From Acidimicrobiia bacterium (GTDB taxonomy: Bacteria; Actinomycetota; Acidimicrobiia; Spongiisociales; ZC4RG35): a stretch of DNA of 64,000 bases. A program made the position numbers and the translations under genes. The stretch lies in NCBI GenBank assembly GCA_041746105.1, contig JBGTHP010000039.1, positions 34,201 through 98,200 of the forward strand, read 5' to 3'. Positions 37,434-50,737 of this stretch are shown here, one piece after another. Under the pieces are notes generated by a model, which was not told where the DNA came from, made no database searches, and saw only the letters and a program-made list of their open reading frames with translations. Position 1 is the stretch's first letter; each line of letters opens with the position of its first letter.

Positions 37434-38668
37434 TTGCGCTCCAGATGCGGCGCCAGCGAATAGTCGATCAGCATCGGACCCCACTCGGTCAATGCCACGT
37501 GGCTGACCCCGGTGTTGAGTGAGACCCCGAGGTGGTCGGGGATCTCAGTCCCGCGGCCCGTGACCGACCCGATCAAGCCGCGAATGGCGGCGCCGTGCGA
37601 GACCACCAGGCTCCGGCCCTGAGGCTGGAAGCGATCGAGGAATCCGCTCATCCGTTCGATCACCTGGGCGAACGTCTCGCCGGTTTCTCCCCTCGGCAGG
37701 TCTTCTCCATCGCGGTAGACCGCCAACAGTTGATCGTCTGCGTCCTCGACAAGGTCGGCGAAGAGTTTTCCCTCCCAGTTACCGAAGGACATCTCTGCCA
37801 AGGTGTCATCTGTATCGAACAATTCGCGGATGGCGGTCGCCGTCTCGGCTGCCCGTTGCAGGGGCGAACTGACGAGGCTGTCGACCGGGCCATACCACTC
37901 GGCGAACCTGGCAGCCTGATCGTGACCCTCGTCGTCGAGGCCCCAACATGAAGAACCCTGGACCCGGCCCTGTTTGTTGGCAGCGGTGACACCATGCCGG
38001 ACCAGACCGATCACCGGCACTCCGTCGTCCCGCAGACGCCCAAGGAACCCGACATCGTGGCCGAGATGGGAGGCATCGTTGAAAGAGGCCAGACGCAGTG
38101 TCTCCTGGTTCATGCGCAGACCTCCGGTCTCGAGGGTGGTGAGCGAGGTGTTGGTGACGATCGGGAACGTGCGGCGCCCTTGAATCCGACCCAGATATCG
38201 CCCGCCGACCGCATCGATGGCTCCGCCGTGGGTTGCAATCAGCACCCGCCCCTCACCGACCCGGTCGATCAGACGATCGAGCGCCCCCAGAATCCGGTCT
38301 TCGAATTCCTGAATTGTCTCACCGGTCTCGCCGAACGCGACCGCCTCCCCTCGGCGAATCGATTCGAGTAGATCACCATGAAGTGCCGCCACCTCGGCGA
38401 AGGTGCGGCCTTCCCAGGCACCCAGATCCATCTCCCGCCATTCGGGATCGATCTCCACCGGGATCCCGAGCACCTCTGCGGTCTCCCGGGCGCGCTGGAG
38501 GTCGGAAGAGACGACGAGATCGAACTGCCGTCCGTCGAGTCGTTCCCCGAGTAGCCGAACCTGGCGCCGACCCTCGGCGGACAACGGCGCATCGCCTTGG
38601 CCCTGCCAGATATCGGCTTCGTTGGCCTCCGAGCGCCCATGCCGGACAAAGGTGATGGAAAGGGACAT
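37430..38668 (-). CDS. tandem histidine phosphatase (phosphoglycerate-mutase family) protein
   Basis: Two RHG-type domains, ITFVRHGRSEAN and IGLVRHGVTAAN. 412 aa. Confidence 0.75.
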   Translation of the reverse strand: MSLSITFVRHGRSEANEADIWQGQGDAPLSAEGRRQVRLLGERLDGRQFDLVVSSDLQRARETAEVLGIPVEIDPEWREMDLGAWEGRTFAEVAALHGDLLESIRRGEAVAFGETGETIQEFEDRILGALDRLIDRVGEGRVLIATHGGAIDAVGGRYLGRIQGRRTFPIVTNTSLTTLETGGLRMNQETLRLASFNDASHLGHDVGFLGRLRDDGVPVIGLVRHGVTAANKQGRVQGSSCWGLDDEGHDQAARFAEWYGPVDSLVSSPLQRAAETATAIRELFDTDDTLAEMSFGNWEGKLFADLVEDADDQLLAVYRDGEDLPRGETGETFAQVIERMSGFLDRFQPQGRSLVVSHGAAIRGLIGSVTGRGTEIPDHLGVSLNTGVSHVALTEWGPMLIDYSLAPHLERK

Positions 38669-38755
38669 AACGGTGCGAAAGAGTACGTGATCAACCGTCC
38701 TACGTCACCTTGAGGGGCAGCCAGAAACCCTGCTGATTCCCACCCCGGGGGCGAC

Positions 38756-40849
<2,094 letters not shown>

Positions 40850-40998
40850 TGCAGAACTACCTCTCGAGAACGAAATGAATCGGCGGAAGTATATGCAGAT
40901 CGACCCTGGGCCCTACCAAACGACTCATGTGCCGGCCCCGTCGACTTGCCTTGGTTGTGGCCGCCCCTATCGTTCCGCCGTTCCCTCTCAGGGTCTTC

Positions 40999-42147
40999 AT
41001 GCCACGCCGATCACTCGCAATTGTCCTGCTCGTCGCGACCGCTTGTAGCCAAGCGGAGCCTGCGACACCGACGCTATCGACCTCACCGGCTACGACCGTG
41101 GTCGACGCCGTTGCCCCTTCCACCACCTTGGCCGCCCCAGACCTGAGTGATGTGGCTCCCGACCTGGCGTTTTTCATCGAAACCACCTTCGACGGTTCCC
41201 AGTTTGCCGGTGACCCACAGCTTCTCGACGCCCTCCGTAGCGAAGTCGGATTGCCGTACTCCCCAACCAGGATCGACGTCGGAGCGGGTGTCGTCGGCGA
41301 GACGAGGATCGCAGTCGTCGTGACGGATTCGGTGGCTGTCGCGGGAATCAACGACGGTTCCGGATGGCGCTGGATCGCCGGCAGCATCGGGGACATCGAC
41401 ATCTACCCCGGGTTGCCAGGCGTTTTTGCCATCGTCGGCTCAGATGCCCGCCCCGGGGAGAATGTGGCCCGTTCGCGAGCGGATTCGATCCATTTGGTGT
41501 CGATGGACGGCAGGGGTGGCGCCACGATCATCGGCGTCCCCCGTGACTCCAACGTAGCCCGCAAAGGGGGGGGCATGGCCAAGATCAACGGAGCCCTTTC
41601 CAATGGGGGCATCGAGGGGCTGATGTGGAGCCTGGAGCAGTTGAGCGGATTCCCCATCGACGGATACGTCCTGACCGGCTTCGAGGGATTCCAAGAGATC
41701 GTCGGTTCGGTGCTGGGGGCAGTGGCGATCACTCTGGAAGAACCGATGAACGACGGAGCCTCCGGGGCCGATTTTCCTGCCGGCGAAGTCCACATGAACG
41801 GCGTCGAGGCGCTGGCCTTCACTCGAAATCGAAAAGGGCTTCTCACCGGGGACTTCGGCAGGCAACTCAACGGCGGCGTGATGTTGATCGCGGGCGCAAT
41901 CGCAGCAAAAAACCGGGGTCCGGTTTCCATCCCCAGCATGATCGAGGGTACGGAGCCCTGGCTCCTGACCGACATCCCTGCCGATCGCCTGTTGACCCTT
42001 GCCCTCGCCGTGCACCGGCTCAACCCCCTCGAGATTCGCAACCAGGTTCTTCCCGGCACTCCGGGCACCGTCAACGGCAGCAGTGTGGTGGTCCTCTCTG
42101 AGGAGGCGGCGGCCATCCTCGCCGCCATTGATCCCTCGCAAGGCTGA
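40999..42147 (+). CDS. LCP family (LytR-CpsA-Psr) cell-envelope phosphotransferase, lipoprotein
   Basis: Lipobox LVATAC after MPRRSLAIVLL. FAIVGSDARPGE...RADSIHLVSMD LCP core. Confidence 0.8.
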   Translation: MPRRSLAIVLLVATACSQAEPATPTLSTSPATTVVDAVAPSTTLAAPDLSDVAPDLAFFIETTFDGSQFAGDPQLLDALRSEVGLPYSPTRIDVGAGVVGETRIAVVVTDSVAVAGINDGSGWRWIAGSIGDIDIYPGLPGVFAIVGSDARPGENVARSRADSIHLVSMDGRGGATIIGVPRDSNVARKGGGMAKINGALSNGGIEGLMWSLEQLSGFPIDGYVLTGFEGFQEIVGSVLGAVAITLEEPMNDGASGADFPAGEVHMNGVEALAFTRNRKGLLTGDFGRQLNGGVMLIAGAIAAKNRGPVSIPSMIEGTEPWLLTDIPADRLLTLALAVHRLNPLEIRNQVLPGTPGTVNGSSVVVLSEEAAAILAAIDPSQG

Positions 42148-42816
42148 TCAGAGCCCGATGTCTGAGCGCTCTTCTCGCCGGATCCAAAACACAAGGCCGA
42201 CCACGGGCAGAAATGCCAGCAACTCGGGAAACACCCGGAGCCAGGCAAAAAAACGATCGGGAAAACCGACTTCGTAGGTGACCACTCCACCAAATTCGGC
42301 GCTCCACACCTGCGTTTCGCCGGCCCCGACCGCTTCCACGCTCTCTAGGTAACGGAGATACGGGGGTGTCAGGCCCCCCCTGACTTCGAAGTCATAGGAG
42401 AATGAGCCAACCCCACGGTGAGTGTCGAAGGTGCAGTCGGCGGACTTCCGCTTTGAAACATGCCAGCGCTCGACTTTGCGATCACCCCAGACCCTGGTGA
42501 CCACCGCCACGGAACTCCCCCATGGCAGGGGACTGGCCGCGATCACTTCTCTTTCGGCCACTGCCACCACCGTGCGATCGGTGGACGCATCCTCTATCGA
42601 CGGCCGGTATCCGAGATCGCAGCCTTCCTCTGTGCCGTCGGGAAGCAGAAGAAAAACCAACGCCCCCACCAGCACCAATGCTCCGATCGGAGCCCACCAT
42701 GACCTGCGGTTGCGCCGAGGACGCATCCGGGGGGTGGTTACCGGAACCCGGCGGGGCGGGAGTCGAAGCCTGCGCCGACGCCTGAAACTTGGCCGGCTGA
42801 CCTTATCCCTGCGCAC
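42148..42816 (-). CDS. hypothetical membrane protein
   Basis: Arg-rich N-terminus, TM helix near residue 45 and a C-terminal TM helix. No motif. Confidence 0.4.
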   Translation of the reverse strand: MRRDKVSRPSFRRRRRLRLPPRRVPVTTPRMRPRRNRRSWWAPIGALVLVGALVFLLLPDGTEEGCDLGYRPSIEDASTDRTVVAVAEREVIAASPLPWGSSVAVVTRVWGDRKVERWHVSKRKSADCTFDTHRGVGSFSYDFEVRGGLTPPYLRYLESVEAVGAGETQVWSAEFGGVVTYEVGFPDRFFAWLRVFPELLAFLPVVGLVFWIRREERSDIGL

Positions 42817-42819
42817 GAC

Positions 42820-43362
42820 TCATCCCCCACACATGAGGTGGAGCCCTCTCACAGAATCGCCACATCGGACAATTTGAAACGGTGCCGTGTTCTGAAAGCG
42901 GCGGAGCCCGACCCGGTAATGCACCGTCAAACCGTCAACGATTCCCCCACCCGCGCCGAACTCGAGACCTACGGCAACCTCGTCGGGTTCGCCCTCGCAG
43001 GGTTCGGTGAACGCGAAGCTCCCCACCGGTTCCCAAACTGCACCCTCGACATCGGGGGGGAAACCCTCCAACGCCCCTACACCGACCGAGCCGGCCGGTC
43101 GCCTGCGCTGGACCACACCGACCACGACAACTTCCCCGCTGGAATCCTCGATTTCTACGGCGGATACATGAACGGACTCTCCGTCGACCGTGCACGGTTG
43201 GAAACCAACCGAGTAGACGCCGGGATCGGCGAGCGCATATCCGTCGCCTCCCACCAACAACGGCCCGGCTCCTTCCATGTGTGAAACCGGAAGCATGAAG
43301 TACGAGGCGAGTGCGGCCGCCACCAGCAGCGGGAGCGCAACCTTCACGGACCGTTTCACCAT
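42820..43362 (-). CDS. hypothetical secreted protein
   Basis: Signal peptide MVKRSVKVALPLLVAAALASYF. No motif. Confidence 0.4.
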   Translation of the reverse strand: MVKRSVKVALPLLVAAALASYFMLPVSHMEGAGPLLVGGDGYALADPGVYSVGFQPCTVDGESVHVSAVEIEDSSGEVVVVGVVQRRRPAGSVGVGALEGFPPDVEGAVWEPVGSFAFTEPCEGEPDEVAVGLEFGAGGGIVDGLTVHYRVGLRRFQNTAPFQIVRCGDSVRGLHLMCGG

Positions 43363-45083
43363 CGCTCCTCGAGACGTGCCAGAAAGGTGCCGGCGGGCTG
43401 GGTGTTCAAGACCGATTCCTTCGGTGCCCAGCCCTTCTGCGCGTTCAACACCCCGTATCTCATTCGCCCGAGCTCCGAAATGTGATGCGAGTCAGTCGAG
43501 ATCACCAGCTTCACTCCCTCACTGACAGCCATCCGAATCACCTCGGCCGAAGCGTCGAGGCGGTCGAGCGCGCCATTGACCTCGAGAGCGGTGTCGAAAG
43601 AACGCAGGGCATCAAAAACCACCGAAAGGTCCAGTTCGATCCCGGGACGGCGGCCGATGTAGCGGCCGGTGAGATGTCCGATGGCCGTCACAGCCGGATC
43701 CGCCGCCGCCCGAATGACCCTCTCTGTCTGTTTGGACTGCGAGAGGTCGAAATGGGAGTGGACGGACGCGACCGCCCAATCGAAGTGCCGCCGAAAGTCT
43801 TCGTCGTAATCGAGGCCACCATCTGCGCCGATGTTGAGTTCACAACCGAAAAGGAGCCGCATGTCGGGATATTCATTTTGGAGCCCGGCAATGGCATCAC
43901 GGTGCTCCAACAGCTCCGCGCGACTCGAACCGTTGATAGCCAGATCCTCACCGTGGTCGGTGATTGCGAGATACTCGTATCCGCGGGCAGCCGCAACCTC
44001 GACCATCTCACGCAGACTCGAGCGCCCGTCGCCAGAACGTTCGGTGTGATAGTGAAGGTCACCCCGGATGTCTTCCACCACAACCAGGTCGGGAAGCACT
44101 CCTGCGGCCGCGGCCTCGATTTCACCGGTGTTCTCTCGCAACGGGGGAGGGATGAACGGCAGGCCGAGGGCGGCATAGACCTCCTCCTCTGTGGCCGAGG
44201 CGATCCGGTTTTCACCGTCGAACAACCCGTATTCGTTGAGAAGCCAGCCTCGCTCGATGGCCCGCTGACGGAGCACGATGTTGTGCGCCTTGGATCCGGT
44301 GAAATAGAGGATCGCCGCCCCGAATTGATCGGGCTCTACCACCCGCACATCTACCTGGAGCCCTGACCGACTGATCACCGACGTCTTGGTGGTGCCGTGA
44401 CCAACCACCTCGGTCGTCGCAGCGTGGGAGGCCACCGAGTCCATCACAGGCTGCGCCGCATTCGACGAGACGGTGATATCGATGTCTCCGATCGTCTCGG
44501 AATGGCGACGAAGGCTCCCGCAGAAAACCACAGCCTCGACACCTTCGATTCGTTTCAACTCCTCGGTGAACTGAAGAGCCAGCGGCATCGCCTCGGCAAT
44601 CGGCGTTCTGTGATCTTTGCCGTGGAGACCGAGTCGTTCGATCGCCTTGCCGATCTTCTCTTCCTTGGTGGCGCCGAGACCGGGCAGTGTGCGGAGACGC
44701 TCTTCTGCGATTGCGGTCTTGAGGTCGGCCAACGTTTCGATGTTGAGCTCCCGCCGAATCAGCTTCAAGGTCTTCGGACCCAGGCCGGGGATCTTTGTCA
44801 TTTGCACAAACGCCGGCGGGTATTTCGAGCGCAACTCCTCTAGTTTTCGCACGCTACCCGAATCGATGAACTCCCTGACCTTGTCCGCCGTCGACTTGCC
44901 GACACCCTTGATCGACGTGAGCTGACCGGCTGTCATGCCGGTGATCTCCGATCCATGACCCCGAATTCCAAGCAGCGCGTTCTCGTATGCGCGGACCTTG
45001 AACGATTGCGGACTCTCCTCCTCGAGAGAGGTCAATTCGATCAGTTCCTGCAGCATTGCCATCACATCACGATTGGTTGCCAT
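43356..45083 (-). CDS. polX: DNA polymerase X family protein with C-terminal PHP phosphoesterase domain
   Basis: 575 aa. Pol-beta-like N-terminus with HhH (GVGKSTADKV) and a PHP domain with HTERSGDG. Confidence 0.85.
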   Translation of the reverse strand: MATNRDVMAMLQELIELTSLEEESPQSFKVRAYENALLGIRGHGSEITGMTAGQLTSIKGVGKSTADKVREFIDSGSVRKLEELRSKYPPAFVQMTKIPGLGPKTLKLIRRELNIETLADLKTAIAEERLRTLPGLGATKEEKIGKAIERLGLHGKDHRTPIAEAMPLALQFTEELKRIEGVEAVVFCGSLRRHSETIGDIDITVSSNAAQPVMDSVASHAATTEVVGHGTTKTSVISRSGLQVDVRVVEPDQFGAAILYFTGSKAHNIVLRQRAIERGWLLNEYGLFDGENRIASATEEEVYAALGLPFIPPPLRENTGEIEAAAAGVLPDLVVVEDIRGDLHYHTERSGDGRSSLREMVEVAAARGYEYLAITDHGEDLAINGSSRAELLEHRDAIAGLQNEYPDMRLLFGCELNIGADGGLDYDEDFRRHFDWAVASVHSHFDLSQSKQTERVIRAAADPAVTAIGHLTGRYIGRRPGIELDLSVVFDALRSFDTALEVNGALDRLDASAEVIRMAVSEGVKLVISTDSHHISELGRMRYGVLNAQKGWAPKESVLNTQPAGTFLARLEERW

Positions 45084-45196
45084 GGACGTTCAGAGTACGC
45101 ACGTCCCGTCCGCGCTGTACTGTCCTTGCGCCGATTCACCCTCGGAAACTCTCGGGTGGTCTCATTCCCCGCTGCCGTCGGTAGAGTTTTACTGGA

Positions 45197-47146
45197 ATGA
45201 CAACGCGCAATCCGTCCAAAGATTCAAAAGACTCACCGCCCGGATGGCGTGTCGAGGGCATGCCCAAAGACAGGCCGAATCAAGACAAAAAGCCACAAGG
45301 CCTGTTTCCCACTCCTCCCAATAAGTGGATCTGGGTGGTGATGGCCGGCCTGCTGCTGTTCAACGTGGTTCTGTCCAACACCTTCCTCAAAGGTGAAGAA
45401 GAAATCACCATCAGCTACGACGAGTTTTTGACCCAAGTCGACGTCGGCAATGTCGACTCCGTCACTTCGACCGGGCAGACGATCGCCGGTGTCCTCAACG
45501 AATCGATCTCCGATCCGACCGACGAGTCGGTTACGAGCACACGGTTCACGACCGTCCGGCCGACGTTCGCCGACGATGAACTCTTCGCCACGCTCCGCGA
45601 CAAAGGCGTCACGTTGAGTGCTGTCGATCCCGACGCGCCTACACCGTTCTGGCAGGCCGCTCTGTTCAATCTCCTCCCGTGGGTCATATTCATCTGGTTG
45701 ATAGTCGCGCTCAACCGGCGCGCCGCCGGCATGATGGGAGGCCTGACCGGGATCGGACGTTCTAAGGCAAAACGCTACGACGAAACCGGCAAACGCACCA
45801 CGTTCGCCGACGTGGCCGGGATCGAAGACGCAGAAGAAGAACTCGTCGAAATCGTCGACTTCCTCAAGAACCCCCAGAAGTACACCGCTCTCGGGGGACG
45901 CATCCCCAAAGGTGTTCTCCTTTCCGGTCTTCCGGGCACCGGTAAAACACTCCTGGCGAAAGCGGTTGCGGGGGAAGCCGACGTCCCGTTCTTCTCGATG
46001 TCGGCGTCCGAATTCGTCGAGATGGTCGTCGGCGTCGGGGCGAGCCGCGTGAGAGACCTGTTCGCCCAGGCCAAACAGGTGGCCCCCGCGATCATCTTCA
46101 TCGACGAACTCGACGCGATTGGTCGTCAGAGGGGCGGCTCTATGAGTATGGGCGGACACGACGAAAGAGAGCAGACTCTCAACCAGATTCTGACCGAGAT
46201 GGACGGGTTCACCGGCTCGGAGGGCGTAATCGTCATTGCCGCCACGAACCGTCCCGAAATCCTCGACGCCGCGTTGTTACGGCCTGGCCGCTTTGATCGC
46301 CAGGTTCCAGTCAGCCCTCCCGACCAGCGCGGGCGCAAGGAGATCCTCGACGTCCATTCGCGCAAGGTGCCCCTAGGCGTGGACGTCGACCTTGATGCGA
46401 TCGCATCGACGACACCGGGGATGGTTGGTGCCGACCTTGCCAACCTCGTGAACGAGGCGGCGCTGATGGCGGCAAGAAGGGGCCACGAAAAAGTGATGCT
46501 CGGTGACTTCACCGATGCGCTCGAGAAGGTTGTCCTTGGCACGGAGCGCCGCATCATGATGAGCCAGGAGGAGAAAGAACGCACCGCCTATCACGAGTCC
46601 GGCCACGCACTGTTGGGGATGCTCCAGCCGGGCGCAGACCCGGTGCGCAAGATCTCGATCATCCCCCGCGGCCGAGCCCTTGGGGTGACCTTCCAGTCGC
46701 CTGACTCCGACAAATACAGCTATTCGGAGGAGTATCTGCGAGGTCGCATAATTGGAATGTTGGGGGGTCGCGCCGCCGAGGACGTGGTGTTCGGTGCGGT
46801 CTCGACCGGAGCCGAAAACGACATGGTGCAGGCCACGAGCCTTGCCCGCAACATGGTCGCCCGTTGGGGGATGTCGCCGGAGATCGGCCCCGTCACCCTT
46901 CTCGACGATCGGATGGTCGACGGGTTGGGACGCCCGATCGTGGCCGAGGCGACACTCAAATTGGTCGATACCGAGGTTCGGCGGATCATCGACACCTGTT
47001 ACGCCGCTGCGGTAGAACAGCTCAAAGCCGAACGCGACAAACTCGACTCTTTGACAGAGGCTCTTCTCGCCAAGGAGACGCTGGAAGAAGCCGAGGCTTA
47101 TCAGGCGGCCGGGATTCCTCGACCGCAAAAACCACAGCTCGCCTGA
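45197..47146 (+). CDS. ATP-dependent zinc metalloprotease FtsH (second paralog)
   Basis: 649 aa. N-terminal [47 protein letters not shown]. Confidence 0.9.
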   Translation: MTTRNPSKDSKDSPPGWRVEGMPKDRPNQDKKPQGLFPTPPNKWIWVVMAGLLLFNVVLSNTFLKGEEEITISYDEFLTQVDVGNVDSVTSTGQTIAGVLNESISDPTDESVTSTRFTTVRPTFADDELFATLRDKGVTLSAVDPDAPTPFWQAALFNLLPWVIFIWLIVALNRRAAGMMGGLTGIGRSKAKRYDETGKRTTFADVAGIEDAEEELVEIVDFLKNPQKYTALGGRIPKGVLLSGLPGTGKTLLAKAVAGEADVPFFSMSASEFVEMVVGVGASRVRDLFAQAKQVAPAIIFIDELDAIGRQRGGSMSMGGHDEREQTLNQILTEMDGFTGSEGVIVIAATNRPEILDAALLRPGRFDRQVPVSPPDQRGRKEILDVHSRKVPLGVDVDLDAIASTTPGMVGADLANLVNEAALMAARRGHEKVMLGDFTDALEKVVLGTERRIMMSQEEKERTAYHESGHALLGMLQPGADPVRKISIIPRGRALGVTFQSPDSDKYSYSEEYLRGRIIGMLGGRAAEDVVFGAVSTGAENDMVQATSLARNMVARWGMSPEIGPVTLLDDRMVDGLGRPIVAEATLKLVDTEVRRIIDTCYAAAVEQLKAERDKLDSLTEALLAKETLEEAEAYQAAGIPRPQKPQLA

Positions 47147-47180
47147 GACGTCCCTCGCACTGCGCTCGTCGAACCTCGGT

Positions 47181-48035
47181 GTGAAGCTACAACTTCGGCA
47201 TACGATGGCCGTTATGTACAGGGCCTTGGGATGGAGTGAGATCGCCGACCGGGTTTGGGTGGGCCGTTATCAGTCGCTCGACCAGACAATTGGAGTCATA
47301 GCCGGAGATGATGGCCTTGCCGTCATCGACACCCTGGCATCACACCACCAGGCCGACGGGCTCAAACAAGAGGTCCGTAATCTGAGCCCTCTCTCGATCG
47401 CGGCCGTGATCAACACCCACGGGCACTGGGACCATTGTTTTGGCAATGCCCGGTTCTTGCCTGCTCCGATTTGGGGCCATGTGCTGTGCGGACGGATGGT
47501 CACAGAGACCGGAGACGAACAACGCAGAATGGTCGTGGAGCGGTGGATGCCAGAGGCATCCGAGGAACTGGCCGAGGTGGAGTTGACCCCACCAACCCAC
47601 CAATTCGAAGCCGAGGCCTCGATCCAATTGGGAAACCGGTTGGTCCAGATGAGTTATCTGGGTCGGGGACACAGCGACAACGACATTGTGACCTCAGTCG
47701 TCGGCGCCGACATCTTGTTCGTCGGTGACCTCCTCGAGAATGCGCCGGCACCTGTCTTCAGCGACTCGTTTCCGCTCGAGTGGGGGGAAACCGCCCGACT
47801 ACTCCTCGACCGGGTCGAAGGACAAGTGGTACCGGGCCATGGCGACCCTTTCGGCATCGAGTTCGCAACCCACCAGGCGCATCAACTCAGCCGTGTCGCC
47901 GCGTTGTGCAAGAGCGCTCTTGCGGGCGAGACGACTTGGGACGAGGTGGCGACGCGATCGCCGTTTTCACACGAGGCAACGACCGAGGCGATCGAACGGA
48001 CCCGAATGACCGGCATCGCCGCCGCGTCAGAATGA
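47181..48035 (+). CDS. MBL-fold metallo-hydrolase
   Basis: VINTHGHWDHCFGN HxHxDH motif. Confidence 0.8.
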   Translation: MKLQLRHTMAVMYRALGWSEIADRVWVGRYQSLDQTIGVIAGDDGLAVIDTLASHHQADGLKQEVRNLSPLSIAAVINTHGHWDHCFGNARFLPAPIWGHVLCGRMVTETGDEQRRMVVERWMPEASEELAEVELTPPTHQFEAEASIQLGNRLVQMSYLGRGHSDNDIVTSVVGADILFVGDLLENAPAPVFSDSFPLEWGETARLLLDRVEGQVVPGHGDPFGIEFATHQAHQLSRVAALCKSALAGETTWDEVATRSPFSHEATTEAIERTRMTGIAAASE

Positions 48036-48039
48036 CCTA

Positions 48040-50286
48040 GTGGATTTCGCAGACTTGATCGTTGCCTGGGAATCCGACGAGGACCTCGAAGGCGAACTGG
48101 TTCATGTGGAGAACATCCCAGAACGCGGTGCAATTCATGCAACGCTGGAACCGCCGCTACCTCCTCTTCTCGTCGCCCGCCTCGAGGAGGCCGGCATCGA
48201 TCGCTTATACCGGCACCAGGTGAAGATGATCCGCCAGATCCGGAGTCGCACAGACACCGTGATTCTGGCGGGCACATCGGCCGGCAAGACCCTCGGATAC
48301 CAGGTGCCGATCGTCGAGAGCATCCTGGAGGATCCACTCAACACATCCCTCCTGATCTACCCGACCAAAGCCCTCGCCCAGGACCAGCTGCGCTCGTTCA
48401 GAGATCTGAGGCTGCCCGAGGTGGTCGCCGGAACATACGACGGCGATACCGCAAACGATGACCGTCTTCGGATACGGCGCAAGGCGAACGTGGTTCTCAC
48501 CAACCCCGACATGCTCCATGTGGGGATTCTTCCCAGCCATGACCAATGGGGAGATTTTCTTCACCGCCTGCGCTTTGTGGTTGTCGACGAGATGCACACC
48601 CTACGAGGCGTTTTTGGAACCCACGTGGCTCTGATCCTGCGGCGGCTACGAAGATTGTGTGCGCACTACGGCTCGGATCCGGTGTTTGTGCTCGGATCCG
48701 CCACCATCGGCAACGCCGCTCAATTGGCTGAGGCACTCACCGGTAAAAACCCGGTGGTCATCGACGAAGACACTTCGCCGCGAGGCGCCCAGAAAGTGGT
48801 GCTGTGGAATCCCCCGATTACCGACCTCGACCTCAACCGGCGTCGATCGGCATTGGCCGAATCGACAGACCTGTTTTGCGACCTCGTAAGGCGCAATCAC
48901 AACACCATTGCCTTCACGAGGAGCCGCAAGGGCGTCGAGTTGATGTACCGCTGGGCCGCCGACCGTCTGGGCGACCGCGACTCGGTGTCTCCATACCGCG
49001 CCGGCTACCTGCCGCAACAACGCAGGGAGATCGAGGAGCGTTTGTTCTCTGGTCGGTTGAAGGGCGTGATCGCCACGAACGCCCTCGAGTTGGGAATCGA
49101 TGTCGGGGGTCTCGACGCCGCCGTCCTCACCACGTTCCCCGGAACGATCTCATCGTTTCGCCAGCAGGCCGGACGAGCGGGGAGACGTCAGAGTGAATCC
49201 CTGGTGGCGCTGGTGGGCGGCGAGGACGCCCTCGACCAATACTTCATGACCCATCCGAGAGACCTCTTCGAACGGCGCCCGGAGGCCGTGATGATCAATC
49301 CGGACAATCCGCTCATTCTCGAAGCCCACGTCGCCTGCGCCGCCCACGAACTCCCGCTCACGGTCGAGGATTCACTCTGGTTTGGAGAAAAGACCGAAGA
49401 GGCGGCCGCCCGTTTGGTGGAGCAAGGGTTACTCAAGGTCAAGGACGGATCGCTCTACTGGGCGGGGCGCAGAAGACCCGCCTCGATGATCAACATCCGG
49501 GCGAGTGGTGGGTCGAGCTTTGTCATCCTCGCCGACGGCGAGGCGCTGGGAACGCTCGACCAGGACCGAGCCTTTCGCGACGGCCACGTCGGCGCCGTCT
49601 ACCTTCACCAGGGGGACACCTTTGTGGTGGAGGATCTCGACCTCGAGCGACGCGAGGTGCGAGTCATCCCGGCGAGGGTCGACTATTACACCCAGCCCAA
49701 GACAGAAAAATATCTTCAGATCCTGGACGAACGTTCTGGCCGCCGGATCGGTGGCGTTGGTCACCAACTGGGCTCGGTCGAGGTCGAAGCCCACGTACTT
49801 GCCTACCAGAAACGCAAACTCGGCTCACGCGAAGTGATGGACACCATCCCTCTGGATCTTCCCCCGTCGACCTTTGAGACCGATGCGATCTGGCTTACGA
49901 TCCCGGAGTCGGTGCTCGAGGAGGCGGTGCTCGATCCGATCACGATCCCCGCAGCACTCCACGCCGCCGAACACGCCGGGATCGGGATGTTGCCGCTGCT
50001 GGCGGTGTGTGACCGCTGGGACATCGGCGGTCTATCCACCAACTGGCACCCGCAAACCGGGACCGCGACCATCTTCATCTACGAGGGCTACCCGGGAGGG
50101 GCCGGTATCTCTTCGGTTGCCTACGAGAGGGGTGTGGAGCATCTCGAGGCCACTCTCGAAGCCATCCGCGCCTGTCCATGCCTCAGCGGTTGTCCGAGTT
50201 GTGTGCAATCACCGAAGTGCGGTAATTTCAACGAGCCGCTGGACAAGTCGGGAGCGATCAGGTTGCTAGAGGTCATACTGAGCTGA
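48040..50286 (+). CDS. DEAD/DEAH-box helicase with C-terminal DUF1998 four-Cys domain (MrfA/YprA-like; Rv3649-like)
   Basis: 748 aa. AGTSAGKT Walker A, DEMH box, and C-terminal CPCLSGCPSCVQSPKCGN. Confidence 0.85.
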   Translation: MDFADLIVAWESDEDLEGELVHVENIPERGAIHATLEPPLPPLLVARLEEAGIDRLYRHQVKMIRQIRSRTDTVILAGTSAGKTLGYQVPIVESILEDPLNTSLLIYPTKALAQDQLRSFRDLRLPEVVAGTYDGDTANDDRLRIRRKANVVLTNPDMLHVGILPSHDQWGDFLHRLRFVVVDEMHTLRGVFGTHVALILRRLRRLCAHYGSDPVFVLGSATIGNAAQLAEALTGKNPVVIDEDTSPRGAQKVVLWNPPITDLDLNRRRSALAESTDLFCDLVRRNHNTIAFTRSRKGVELMYRWAADRLGDRDSVSPYRAGYLPQQRREIEERLFSGRLKGVIATNALELGIDVGGLDAAVLTTFPGTISSFRQQAGRAGRRQSESLVALVGGEDALDQYFMTHPRDLFERRPEAVMINPDNPLILEAHVACAAHELPLTVEDSLWFGEKTEEAAARLVEQGLLKVKDGSLYWAGRRRPASMINIRASGGSSFVILADGEALGTLDQDRAFRDGHVGAVYLHQGDTFVVEDLDLERREVRVIPARVDYYTQPKTEKYLQILDERSGRRIGGVGHQLGSVEVEAHVLAYQKRKLGSREVMDTIPLDLPPSTFETDAIWLTIPESVLEEAVLDPITIPAALHAAEHAGIGMLPLLAVCDRWDIGGLSTNWHPQTGTATIFIYEGYPGGAGISSVAYERGVEHLEATLEAIRACPCLSGCPSCVQSPKCGNFNEPLDKSGAIRLLEVILS

Positions 50287-50302
50287 CGGGAAAGGAGGCG
50301 GT

Positions 50303-50737
50303 TTGGTCCGGTTGTTACTGGTGCTCCATATAACTGCCGCCGCTGTTTGGCTTGGGCACAAGGCACTCATCCCGTTTGACCTGAAGAAATCGTTGAGTCC
50401 CCAACCAGCGGTGTTTATCGGTCTGTTGGACAGACTCAAAGTGGCCGAACAACTCGCCCAAGGTTCCGCAGTCTTGACCCTCGTGAGCGGCCTTCTGCTG
50501 GTCTGGCTGCGAGGTGGTTTCGCGGCAGTCTCGGGCGGCGTCCAGATCGACCTAGGAATCGTGGTTCTGATGTTCGTTTTGGGAGCGCTGTTCGGGCGGC
50601 CGGTGTCAATCCGTTTGCGGGTGGCGCTGGCCGGTCAAGATGCTGAGGCAGCTCGAAACGAAGGTCGTAGTCTTTCCGAACTGCTGACTGTCGAATCGGC
50701 ATTGTGGGTGGCGGCACTCGCCACCATGGTCTGGTGA
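50303..50737 (+). CDS. hypothetical membrane protein
   Basis: 144 aa, 4 predicted TM helices. Confidence 0.4.
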   Translation: MVRLLLVLHITAAAVWLGHKALIPFDLKKSLSPQPAVFIGLLDRLKVAEQLAQGSAVLTLVSGLLLVWLRGGFAAVSGGVQIDLGIVVLMFVLGALFGRPVSIRLRVALAGQDAEAARNEGRSLSELLTVESALWVAALATMVW

